A DNA stretch of 64,000 bases, taken from the human T2T-CHM13v2.0 reference genome, Homo sapiens. The notes under the pieces were generated by a model. That model did not search any database, was not told where the DNA came from, and saw only the letters and a program-made list of their open reading frames with translations. Below, in pieces: positions 49,101 to 64,000 of this stretch. Where the stretch lies: the NCBI RefSeq assembly GCF_009914755.1, contig NC_060934.1. The stretch is one strand, 5' to 3'. The stretch's first letter is position 1; each line of letters opens with the position of its first letter. The position numbers and the translations under genes are program-made.

Positions 49101-49684
49101 CCACTCCTCCTACCTGTCAGCTCCCAGGGCACCCTAACTTTCACACCAAGCTGTTTTAAGGCTTCCAAAGGCCTCTCTCACCAGCCTCTTCTATATCATG
49201 TGAACAACAAATCACGTTCCCTCCCCTCTTTTCCTACTGATTCAGACAGAATCTTCATTCTGAACAACAAAAAACTGACGTATATCTTTTGAGATCTAGA
49301 CTTCACAGCATAAAAAAATTGATAAAGCCTACTAATTATACCAAGTAGGGTAAACAGTGGTTAAATTTTTTTTAATGTGAAGCTTGACTAAAGTCTACTT
49401 ACACAGAACTATCACTATATGAACAATATGGTAGACAGGTAATGTTGGTGTCTCAAATAACTAACTCGAGTTCAACTTTTAACAAAAGTATAAATGCAAA
49501 TAATTTGTTTACATAAGACTTTTTCCCCCTAAAACAAATATTATAGCTAATTGGAACTGGCCTATTTGTGGGTGAACAGACCAACAGGCTAACAGACTAT
49601 ACTCAATACTACATCTCTAAAGGCAGTAAAATGCCAAACCTACAAATTGCCTATGGAAAAGTCAACTGCTGTGTTTTCGTAAAC

Positions 49685-50069
<385 letters not shown>

Positions 50070-50687
50070 TAGGTGGGGTTTTTAGACACCAATCCATGCA
50101 GAAGCGACAGCCCCTGTGCAGAGGAGCGCAGCCATCTACAAATGGACCACAGAACAAAGAGAATGCCCTGCTGTCAGCACAAAAACTCTTCCCATGCTGG
50201 TCGGTGCCACTGTGATACCTGCTTCTGTGGAGCAGATGATCCTGGGATCCTATTGTCCCTCATTGTGTATGGATTCAGTAGGCACTACTGAGAAATCTCT
50301 TATAGTCTAACAGAAGTTAATGAAGCACATACAACACAGAAAAATTAACAAAAGTTGATAAAGTACTTCAAAAAGACCATTACTGGTTTTTGTAAACTCA
50401 CAGGATGATTCCAGATTTTGCAAGCATTAGAATATAAAATACCTAAAAATTTCTTAAAATGTACAATATAACAATAAGGTAAATTCATAATAATCAGGTT
50501 CAGCGACAATACTCAGAAGCAATGAGACAATCCCATCCCATTGCCTGGCACAGGAACTGCCTATTTAGTTTTCAAGGTGTTTGTACTTCTTTTGTCTCAA
50601 TCTCCCCAGCACAACCTTGGGAGGATGAAAATTCACGTGATAGCTACATGCTACTGAAACTTGGTTCTTCCAAGTTTCCTCCACTCA

Positions 50688-50870
50688 ATTAAACCTCCAA
50701 ATTACTTGCCTTTGATAACTATTTTTAATGACAAACTACAAACAATCACAGAGTTTACAAGGACAGGAACTGGGATGAGATCAGAGGCACTTGCCTCTGA
50801 CACCAATGTAAGGGGGGGACCAAAATCTCAGTAGTCACGATAAATATCATAATGCAACAATTCAACAAAA
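50688..50870. repeat. Copy 1 of an about 185-bp dispersed direct duplication (partner 53097-53279)
   Basis: Identical 32-mer ctttgataactatttttaatgacaaactacaa plus aggcacttgcctctgacac and ggaccaaaatctcagtagtca. Confidence 0.92.
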
Positions 50871-53167
50871 GAGATTGTTCAGCTAGAGATCAACAGATTA
50901 ATAGACTGATTAATAGAGATTAATCCAATCCACTGCCACAACAGATCTCCACGTTTGCAGTCCTTGGCTGGATGGCCGCTACACAACACGGCTCCCAGGG
51001 GTGGTCCCGTCTCACAGACCCTACAGGCCAAGTTCTTTACTTTTCAGTTTCCGTGTTCATTAAGTGTCCTGGAAGCAGAACTGCATCATAAGATCAATGG
51101 CAATTACTCTGACCTAAAAAACAGAGAATCTCATAGATGATCTAATGAATCACATCCCAACCAACCAATCCAGGGTTGATCTACCCACATCCTGTACTGC
51201 GTGGAGGCTTTTTAATACCAGTCACTACTAGGGAGTAAAACGTCAAAAAGAGATTGCATTCCTTAATTTTGCATTGTTTGCAATTATCTGTAAAAACTAA
51301 TTTTTCAAAAGAAGAAGGGAGACAATGCAGGCAGCCTTCTCCATATTGATCGTGAAGAATCTACAATCACCAACAAGGCACAGCAGGCCACAACATCTGA
51401 AACTGCAGACCCTATGTTCCTACCACAGGCTCCTTCACTGAAAGCAGGAGCTTCGGAGTCACACGGTCTTGGGTGCCAAGTACCACTCAGCCATTTATTA
51501 ATATCGCCAAGCCTCAATGTCCTTTTGTATGAAAGGAACGTAATATCTAATTCATTGGATTATAAATTCATATGTTGAAGGCCTAATAGTATGCACTGGA
51601 CTTAGCAAATATTCAATTAAATCTTATCATCATCATCTCATAATTATTTTTCCATTGTATCCTTCCCCAAACCAGAAAATCTCTAGGTTCCATGAAAATG
51701 TGTCCACAGAAAGAACCAAAGGCATGGCAGAGCTCCATGCTAGGCCACGGTACTCCTCTGCTGCTGTCTTCAACACCAGGTGACTGGTTTCCTAAGGAAC
51801 TAGACACACAACTTGTCAACAGCATTTGTCTTCTCATCTGCACTGCTCCCAACCAATGACCCAACACAGCTTTGTCATCTTGGGAGAGAAGGTGGTGGTA
51901 CACCTTCAGATCAGTTTCTTTGATTGACCTAAGAAACATACAACTGAATGTGGGACGCATCTATCCTAATAGGACTCCAACATAAATCAGCACCTGTCAC
52001 ACAGAAGACCACATCTCAACCTCACACTTATCTTTCAGAATAAACTGAAATCTACACTAAATTTCAGGTCCGAAAATCCCATGCCAATTAATAGAGAGCA
52101 CAGAATCACAAACACAAGTAACCAAACTCTCCCGTATCTAAAAATCTGCTTTCTCGAGCCACAAAGACATCCTAACTAGCCTTGATAGATTGTACATACA
52201 GCACTGCCAGTGATGGGTATCTGAACTTGAAGTCATTGTTCCATTTCACATGAAGATTGAACCTGCACATCGGCTGTCTAAAATCAATGCCAAGGTTGGA
52301 GGAGGGAGAGGAAAAACAGGGTTGGTCTGAGAGCACACGGAAGCTGTGTGACTGCCCCCACAATCACGCCTGGCTGCAGCCCCCAGATAAGGGCATGGTG
52401 GGTCCTCCCCTGCCACCCTTCTCTGCCATATATAGCAGTGCTGGGCACCTGGCACAGACTCCCTTTGCACTCATGGCTGCCTGGAGAATTGCTCAGAGTA
52501 ACAGCATGTCTCGGCTAGTTAAAAAGATCTCCAGACACTCTGAGCCCGTGAAAGAAGCAACAAACAGCCAGGCCTGAGCCAATCCAGATGACTACTAGAG
52601 CAGCAAAAATCTCAGCTGTGCCAACTAGACCAGTCACCACGCTCCTCACCGCCCATCTCCCTCTGGCCAAATGGCTCTCCATGGTGTCCCTTAGAAATAA
52701 CAATAAATAGCACAACAACTTAATTTTATAGTTAAAATGCAACAAGCCAGACAGTACATTAGCCATTATCCATGCAAATCTTGAAATATTTTCCATGCAA
52801 AATCCCAGTTTTAATACATAGTCACCATGAAGAGGAATTCAACAGCAAGGATATTACATTTACCATCTCAAAAATAAAAAAACTTTTTCTAAGTTAATCC
52901 AATATTTGGTCGTTTATGATTTACCTTCCAAGATGAAAAAGCTGAAAGGCTTCTTTTGTCCCCAAGGGGAGAGACTGCCAGCAGCTTTGAGGTCTGCCTT
53001 CCAGCTGTTTTTGTTAGATTTTTACACCTGCTAATGCCCAGCAACTAAGTGAGCATAAACAGGCATCGCTTACCAGCGTTTCACTGGAATCTCTTGATTT
53101 AACTTCCAAATTACTTGGCTTTGATAACTATTTTTAATGACAAACTACAAGGAATCATAGCGTTTAC

Positions 53168-53340
53168 AAGGGCTGGAACAGAGGTGAGACTACAGGCACT
53201 TGCCTCTGACACAAAATTTAAGGGAGGACCAAAATCTCAGTAGTCAAGAGAAATAGTTTAATGTAATAATTGAACAAAAAAACTGATGCACAAAAATCCA
53301 AGATAAGCAAAATGCCAAAATTTTAAATAAAAACAGACTC
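53168..53340 (+). mobile_element. MER96B-like hAT fragment
   Basis: agggctggaacagaggtgag...aggcacttgcctctgacacaaaatttaaggg...aaaattttaaataaa. Confidence 0.65.
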
Positions 53341-53603
53341 ATCTGAGTGTCCTGTCTGATAAGAGGGAAGATTAGAAACCTTCTCTCCAGATGGTCATCA
53401 CAATCACAGGGGACCAAAGAGCTGCAGTGGACTGAAGGAAGTGGGTGCACACCCAGGAGCTCGGGCAACTAGGACCCTCTGCATCCTCGACCACCCCTTG
53501 GACCCTGTGGTCTCCCAGGAACCCAGTCTCTGGCCTGACCCCAGAAAAATCAACAGCAATAACCTAGCAACCAACCTCATCGTTTTACAAATAAGAAAAA
53601 CAA

Positions 53604-54035
53604 GGCTGGTTGTAGTGGCTCACACCTGTAATGTCAGTGCTTTGGGAGGCCAAGGCAGGAGGATCACTTGAGGCCAGGAGTTTGCGACCAGCTTGGGCAA
53701 CAAAGCAAGATCTCGTTTCTACAAAAAATGTTAAAAATCAACCAGGCTTGGTAGCATGAGCCTGTAGTCCCAGATATTCGGAGGCTGAGGTAGGAGAATC
53801 TCTAGAGCCCAAGAGTTGGAGGATGCAGTGTACTATGATCATGCCACCACACTCCAGCTTGGATGACAGAGAAAGACCCTATATCTACAAAAGATAGAAA
53901 AGAAAGGAAGTAAAAGGAAGGAAAGGAAGGAAAGAGAGGGAGGAAGGGAGGGAGGGAAAGAGAGAGAGAAAGAGAGAGGGAAAGAGAGAGAAAGAGAGAG
54001 GGAAAGAGAGAGAGAGAAGAAAGGGAAGAAAGAAA
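53604..54035 (+). mobile_element. AluJ with purine-rich low-complexity tail (53893-54035)
   Basis: Dimeric Alu followed by GAAA/GGAA/GAGA repeats. Confidence 0.92.
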
Positions 54036-54193
54036 TGAATACACACGCTCTGGGGTGTCGACTGTTGGAGGAAAGGCTAGGATAAGAATCTAAGCCTCCC
54101 ACTCCAGGGCTTTGGGCATGCAATCCTCAGATGAACCATCACCAAAGGAAGACTCGGCAATGTGGACAGGCCTTCTATTGCTTAAAAAATTGT

Positions 54194-55000
<807 letters not shown>

Positions 55001-56349
55001 TCTTAATACTATTTTAAAATAGTAACATATTTATTAAAGCCATGAAAGTCAAATGTCTCAAATTTAAGATTCTATGTACTTTTGCAAATATGCCCATAAG
55101 TAGCCCAAACTTGTAGCCAGCTTCATATCAAGTAGAAATAATCACAAGCATCTGTAATGAAAATTGTCAACTTCACTGATTTCACTACTTTTTAAATGAT
55201 AAAAAATTATGAAAGACGCTCAAAAAAGCAGCTATGTACATACCCAATTTCCTTTCTGTGTTAAGTTTCTAGGTTTCCAGGAATCTCCTCTGACAAACAG
55301 GAATTTATTTGCTTCTACTAATAAATCAATTGGAAATAACATAAAACATAAATAAGTTTCTGTGACATTTTTACTAAAAGGGAGCCGTGTCTCCCTCTAG
55401 ACAGCTGGAGAACAATCTTTCAGCCATGCCCAGGCGAGACACCCTGACTTCTGCAGTGGACACCCAGGCTGCCGGGGTTCAGGGTCACCACATTTCTGCT
55501 CCTCGACCCTTCCCTGCGGGGATTAGAAGGCAGAGAAAGCAGCATTGGTTCCTGCTCTCATATGTGGTTTTGTGGAAACCCTGCTTATCATGGAAACCAA
55601 GTATCTTCAATTAAAGATATTTGCTTCTGCTTCTGCTGAGATACTGGCTTCTGCTAAGATTATAAAGAACAGAAATTTGTACATTGGAAATCAATGTAAA
55701 AATCTAATGTACATTTTCTGACTGGTTTGCTTTTTTGGCTTTTTTTCTTTTCCCTTTAGCTTTAGGAATTAGGAATATCATTTGAGCCACGATTCTAAGG
55801 GAGCTGGGGCGGCAGGGGCTGCAGACAGCCACTCTAGAGAGAGACAGCATCTTTGGAGAAGACTAAGGTGGCAATTCGTTTTCCATGTGGAAATTCTTCT
55901 TGAGGATCTAAGCACCAGCCCAAACCACACAAGGTTATGTATTTCAATAAAGAGGCCATTTCTAAATGTTCAAAACATATTATTCTCCTACTTTAAAAAA
56001 AGAAAAGCAAAAATGGATCGCTAAATGCAAAGCCAAATCCTCATAGTGGTAACTTTTACTGACATCTTATCTCAACTAAAAATGAAAAGTTTTCATTTTC
56101 AACTACTCTTTGCCAATACCCTCTTCACTTAGCTTCAAGGGGCTTCCACGACACCCAGCCTGGCTCCCTCCATCTGAGTCTCTGAGAGCTGGTGTCGTGG
56201 TATGCCCACCATGCCAGGTTCCCTCACAAGAGTTCATCTAATCAAAGCTTCCATGACTAACAACGATTTAAAAGCCACTTGTGAAAGATGTTGAAACATG
56301 TTCACATACAATGAATAAAGTTTGAAAATGGCTTTTATAGGATGGTTCT

Positions 56350-56720
56350 GGGGCAGACACTGCAACTGGCTGACTCAGCATCCACTCCTAAGGCTCTCTC
56401 TCCCTGCCTTTCTTTGCCTACAGCGGCTGGAAAAGTAAAAATCTTGTACTCACTAGTCCAGGCTCCCCTTGTAGCTGGGCATGGTCACACGACAGTTTCC
56501 TAACCAAGGAGACCTAAACCCAGGCAGCCATGGAGCAGAGAGGGAGCACAGGAATGGACGTGGGGGTTACCACCATGACAAGCCACTTTGCTGTCCGGAA
56601 CATCATGGAAAAAGCAGAAAATGCGGGAGGAGGTGTCTAGGTCAGCCAGCCATCAAGGGCTGCAATCCACATCTCAGCCACCGGAACCCCTCCATGCTGC
56701 ATCACTTAGAAAGCTCTGCT
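56350..56720. mobile_element. MaLR LTR fragment (MLT1 I/J-like)
   Basis: ggcagacactg...ccaggctccccttgtagctgggcatggtcacacgacagtttcctaaccaagga. Confidence 0.55.
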
Positions 56721-56723
56721 CTT

Positions 56724-57053
<330 letters not shown>

Positions 57054-57799
57054 TCAGTCACCTCCACATCCTCCCCTCCCACCCCTCGCTCCTCTGTAAG
57101 CACTCCACACCTCAGACAGAACAGACTTGCCCTGAAGTCTGGAATCAAACCCCCTGTAGCAAACTCTTCAAGTAGCAGCATCCCCCCCTGCTCCCACTCT
57201 CTCTACCAGCAAAAGCCTGGCTCACCTCCTCCGTAACACTGGCCAAGAACCACAAGGAACAGTGAAGTGGCTTCATTCATGAAGACAGACTTGAGCACCC
57301 GCTCCCTGCTGCAGTGCAGGCACTGCAGCAGTAGAGGTGGGTGATGGTGCCTTCTAATAAAATCCTATGACGCTGTAACTCAGGACACATTATAACATTC
57401 GGGCTACCACTGCACTAATCACTAAGGATGTTCCCCTCAGTTGTACTCATCAACACCCAGAGTGCCCCTGGGCCACAGGCCCTTCACAGTGGATGTTATC
57501 TTCCTTATCTTTGTAGCACCTGTCAGACCTGATGCACAACTGGCTGTTAAATACTAACGGCATGAAGCGTAACCCATCAACTTCAATTTCCTCCCACTAG
57601 ATTTGTCCATTATGTACTTTCCAAATTCTAGTCCTATTCTCTTACTTCACCCCATATACTTTTGCTTTTATTTTCCCTTTATCTGTTTCCAAAATTATAA
57701 ATATAGCAGTCACATGTTCTTATGGTAGACCATGATGTCCTGACACCAAAAATCATTATGATGAAGTCTTGCATGTAGTTAGATGCTTCCTAACACCAT

Positions 57800-58930
<1,131 letters not shown>

Positions 58931-58977
58931 CAGACACATTTGTAGTACCATTACAGTTACATCCTCTTTCTCTCTTT

Positions 58978-58980
<3 letters not shown>

Positions 58981-59022
<42 letters not shown>
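58981..59022. repeat. (AC)21 microsatellite
   Basis: Directly visible. Confidence 0.97.
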
Positions 59023-59025
<3 letters not shown>

Positions 59026-59195
59026 AAGACTATAGAGGACAGGAAAGCAACATAGAAGGCACAATTTACATGTTTACATTTACAGGAGAGGAGTGAGGAG
59101 TTAGGGGCAGGGAGCCTTATTTCTTCTCTGAACTAATTAAGTTTTATAAATGTTAATGCATTTTTAATGTTAATTTGGATTATTCTTGGTAATGA

Positions 59196-59501
<306 letters not shown>

Positions 59502-59539
59502 ATGACCTAAGAATATGTTTTATTTACACTCTCTTACAC

Positions 59540-59780
59540 TGTATATTAGGAGTGGGAGGCATAGAGATCAGTTCAGGTTTTGCCAACAGACAGAACCAGG
59601 TTCACACCCGTCACTTCCACACACTGTTGATGTGTCTCAGGGAAGCTGCTTATCTCCCATTAAGTCCATCCATTCAGCTGCAAAATGGGGATAATACCCT
59701 CAACTGAGCTGTTACAAGTATTAAATGTAATAAAAAAAAAATAGCCTCGTATTTGGTACATAATTACCTAATAAATGGAA
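59540..59780 (+). mobile_element. MIR
   Basis: cagctgcaaaatggggataatacc...gttacaagtattaaatg. Confidence 0.7.
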
Positions 59781-59837
59781 TTGGTTTCTGTGCTGATGAT
59801 TTGGGTCAAAATAACAATTATCTTGATACTCCATGCT

Positions 59838-60529
<692 letters not shown>

Positions 60530-60727
60530 GGAAGTAAAGTTGGTTGTACATCTAAGACATAGTTTTCCTAATTTGTTAACCTAATGCTTTTCTCAGTACA
60601 TGATAATTTAGTCATATTTTCTTACAGAATAACAATGTATTTTTGTGGGGGGGTTTTCTGTGGGATGAGAAAAACCCAGCTTCTAAGGTTGCTGCAAAAC
60701 TGTCACATACTGGTGGGTCAAGCTTAC

Positions 60728-60788
60728 CAGGGAACAACTCATCTTCTAATCACATTAAAATAAGTATGTGCATTCTTTTTGCCTTTAG
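60728..60788 (-). other. Candidate 61-nt non-coding or poison cassette exon of an unidentified host gene
   Basis: On -: long U tract then AAG|CTAAAGG...TTCCCTG|GTAAGC; stops in all three frames. Confidence 0.35.
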
Positions 60789-62529
60789 CTTAAAAAAAAA
60801 AAAAGTAAGATAAAAATTAAAAAGAAATATGTGATAAAGGCTATCTCTGTCCCATCCCCAGTTCAAACCTTAATGAGACAACTTGAAAATAACTTATTCA
60901 AGTCAGCATGTCGTGCAGACATCACTACCAATTTGGCATTATGCACTGACTACTGCACTACTAACACAGTCAGCCTTTTATATTATTTATAAGCTTTTAA
61001 GACATGTAAATGCTCCTGAAGCCACAGCAAAAGCTAACAGTCTTGTGGGGAGAAAAAAAAAAAAACAGAAGCAAAGTCAAGAGCTGACTACTATGAAGAC
61101 CAGCCATGGCACTGTGAAGTGTTTTTGTGTGATCAAGTGTAATCATTACATCAAATACTTGCTGCCTCTCAATTCAATAGAATATCTTTGCAAAATATTC
61201 AAGCAAAATGCACTTGCAAAGTGCATGTTGCATGCTATGACTTATATCAGAAGGCGGACGCTATTACCAGCCACACAACTTAAAGTGGAAAAATGGGAAT
61301 TTAGTAATTAACAGAAGACAGTCCTTTGATTTGGGGTTATTATCTCCTTATGCAGAGACAGGGGCTGTGTGCGAATACCTCAGCTAAAGGCTAGTGTTTC
61401 AAGAAAGCCTATCCTTACCCTACCAAAACAATTACAGAGATTGGTCTCAAAGTCTGAGTGGAAATTCTCTATCTTTTTCTAAAACTACCTGTTTTTCCAA
61501 ATGCTCCATTCATGAGATGTTTTCTAATGGAAGAAAACAGCCAAGGCAGCAGGCTAAAGCCTCCTCCTTAATGCACTTCAGTCATCTCAGCCTGTTGTTT
61601 CAGTTCCAAGGACAGGGCCTCAGGATTGGTCTGAAAAGCACCTCGATTCTCCAGCTCCAGCAGGGGTCCTGATTGCTGTGTGTACAAACGAAGTCTCTCT
61701 TCTTCATACATGCCCACATGAGGAGCCAAAGGGGATGACACTCTATCCCCAAGGGCACTTGGACTGACAAATGGAAAAGCAAACTAAGAGCTGGGGACAC
61801 CCTTGGAGAAGCTGGCAAATAAGCTCCAGGCAAACCTTGAAGAACAGGCAGACGACTGGTGCAAGCCCTGAGCCCTGTGTGCCACATCTGACTGCTGGAA
61901 GACACCAATTCATTTCGTCCTTACTATCCTCCTACAAAAGACTAGACCACCACAAATGAAGCCTTGGAATACAGCCATTTAACATGGCAAAGGCCCACAC
62001 AAATATTTCTAAAGACCTTGCCACATGGACAACACAGAAAGTAGCTCATGCTCTGGTGAATAACGCAATTTTGTATTTTGCTGATGCCTGTGAAACCACC
62101 CAGTGGGATAAAAATAAATATTTAGCCTACTTATTGATAAAAATATCCTCCCAGTAGCCCATCCCTGGAGGGCATGGCAGAGGGTTGTGTGAATTCTGGA
62201 CATGCAGATGTTTGATTAATAAAATCCAAGAGGACATAGGTTTCAAATCTTCTTGTATCTCTAGACCAGCAAATCCAGCCATGGAGAGAAGCAGAGAATC
62301 ACAGACAGGAAGAGTATGCCAAGCAAAAGCCGGGGCTGCACAAGCCATCTCAAAGTATGCAGGGAGTCAGGGAAAGGACAAGGGAGAACACACAACCTTA
62401 AAACAAAAAGGAGCACACAGTTCTCATCTAGGATACTTTTAAAGTGGCTTCCCCTGAATAAGTGTTTTTTATGATAACGTAGAAAAAACAAAAATAGTCA
62501 TCGTAGATCAGACAACATATGGAATTCTG

Positions 62530-62825
62530 GTTTTATTTATTTTTTTTTTTTTAGAGACATCGTCTCCTTGTTGCCCAGGCTGGAGGTGCACTGATGCAGT
62601 CATAGCTCACTGCAGCCTCCTGGGTCAGGTGATCCTCTCATCTCAGCCCCCTGAATAGCTGGGACTATAAACACATGCCACCATATGTGGCTAATTTTAC
62701 TTTTCGTAGAGATGGGATCTTGCTATGTTATCCAGGCTGGATTTGAACTCCTGGCCTCAAGCAATCCTCTTGCCTCAGCCTCCCAAAGTGCTGGGATTAC
62801 AGGCATGAACCACCATGCCTGGCCT
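62530..62825 (-). mobile_element. AluJ
   Basis: Antisense Alu; TSD tggaatt. Confidence 0.93.
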
Positions 62826-63638
62826 GGAATTTTTTATACTGCTAGATTAATTTATTGAGAAACATACAAGCATCTATTTACCTTACCAATAAAAACACTT
62901 TCAAGTCATAAGTAGCTCTTTCTACAACCCGTCTTATGAAACATCACGTGCTTTGTCCTGTACTTTCCCAAATAAGCAAGTTCTTTAAAAGCAAGAATCA
63001 TATTTTACATTTACCTATCGTGTACACACCCACATGGCTACACAGAAAATACTCAAATACTTTATTAATAGAAAGTCTTTTGTTGCAACAAATCTCTCCT
63101 TTTCATATCATAGATACAATTGTTAAAAGCCACTAATTTTTAAATCAGGCAGATTTTCTTTCTTTTACTAACATGTAAAAATTCCAGGCTTCTCTGAACA
63201 AATTGGACAGGGTGAAATGAAACTATGCCAACCTCCAAAAACTATTTCAGACTGCGTTGGATTACAGACAATCCCCTGACTTAAACTATACACATACAAA
63301 TACCTCATCAGAAATAATTCTAAGAATAACCTTCCTCCTGTTAATAAACGACATTTATGAGTAACTAATAACAGAAAGAGACACTTCAGCTAAAGCCATG
63401 ATGTCAACAGTGATGAGAACATGAGGTGGGGCTTATAAGCAGGGACCTACATCCTTGACCACAAGGACACAAGACTACGTGTAAGAAGTCCTTAAAGCTT
63501 ATGAGCAAATGGAAAGTTTTGGTCAATGTGAGATTGTCACTTTTCCAAGGTCCTTAAAACAGGCAGAGTGAGCCAAAAATCGACATTTTCAATGAGGCAA
63601 AGGATGACTGACAGCTTCAAGAAGAATTGCTGGGCCGA

Positions 63639-63948
<310 letters not shown>

Positions 63949-64000
63949 AAGAATTGCTGGGCCGATCACAAGAGCCCAGTGCAAGGGTATGCCCTCCCAC

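Noticed and set aside
48461-49104. Overlapping 105-145 aa ORFs as coding exons
   Set aside because: No recognisable protein; open frames on both strands are expected in GC-richer DNA

Overview
Primate (human-like) genomic DNA, not microbial. About 56 Alu elements or fragments (about 39 on +, 17 on -), a 3' L1PA16-like segment at the left edge, a long degenerate HAL1/old-L1 ORF1-type element, old L1M, L2 and MIR pieces, several DNA-transposon MITEs (MER5, MER30, Tigger3a/4b, MER96B-like), MaLR/ERV1 solo LTRs and microsatellites. I recognise no protein-coding exon, RNA gene or CpG island. Most listed ORFs are Alu, L1 or microsatellite read-throughs. A-rich + strand composition and +-oriented L1s suggest a large intron of an unidentified gene on the - strand (inference). 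The best non-repeat signals are an E-box/TEAD/GC-box module at about 48.2-49.1 kb, several candidate - strand cassette or terminal exons, a 2.4-kb-spaced duplication with a patchwork junction, and a short CpG-rich insert in the L1. I cannot support a new biological system here. Repeat subfamily names come from recalled consensus sequences and boundaries are approximate.
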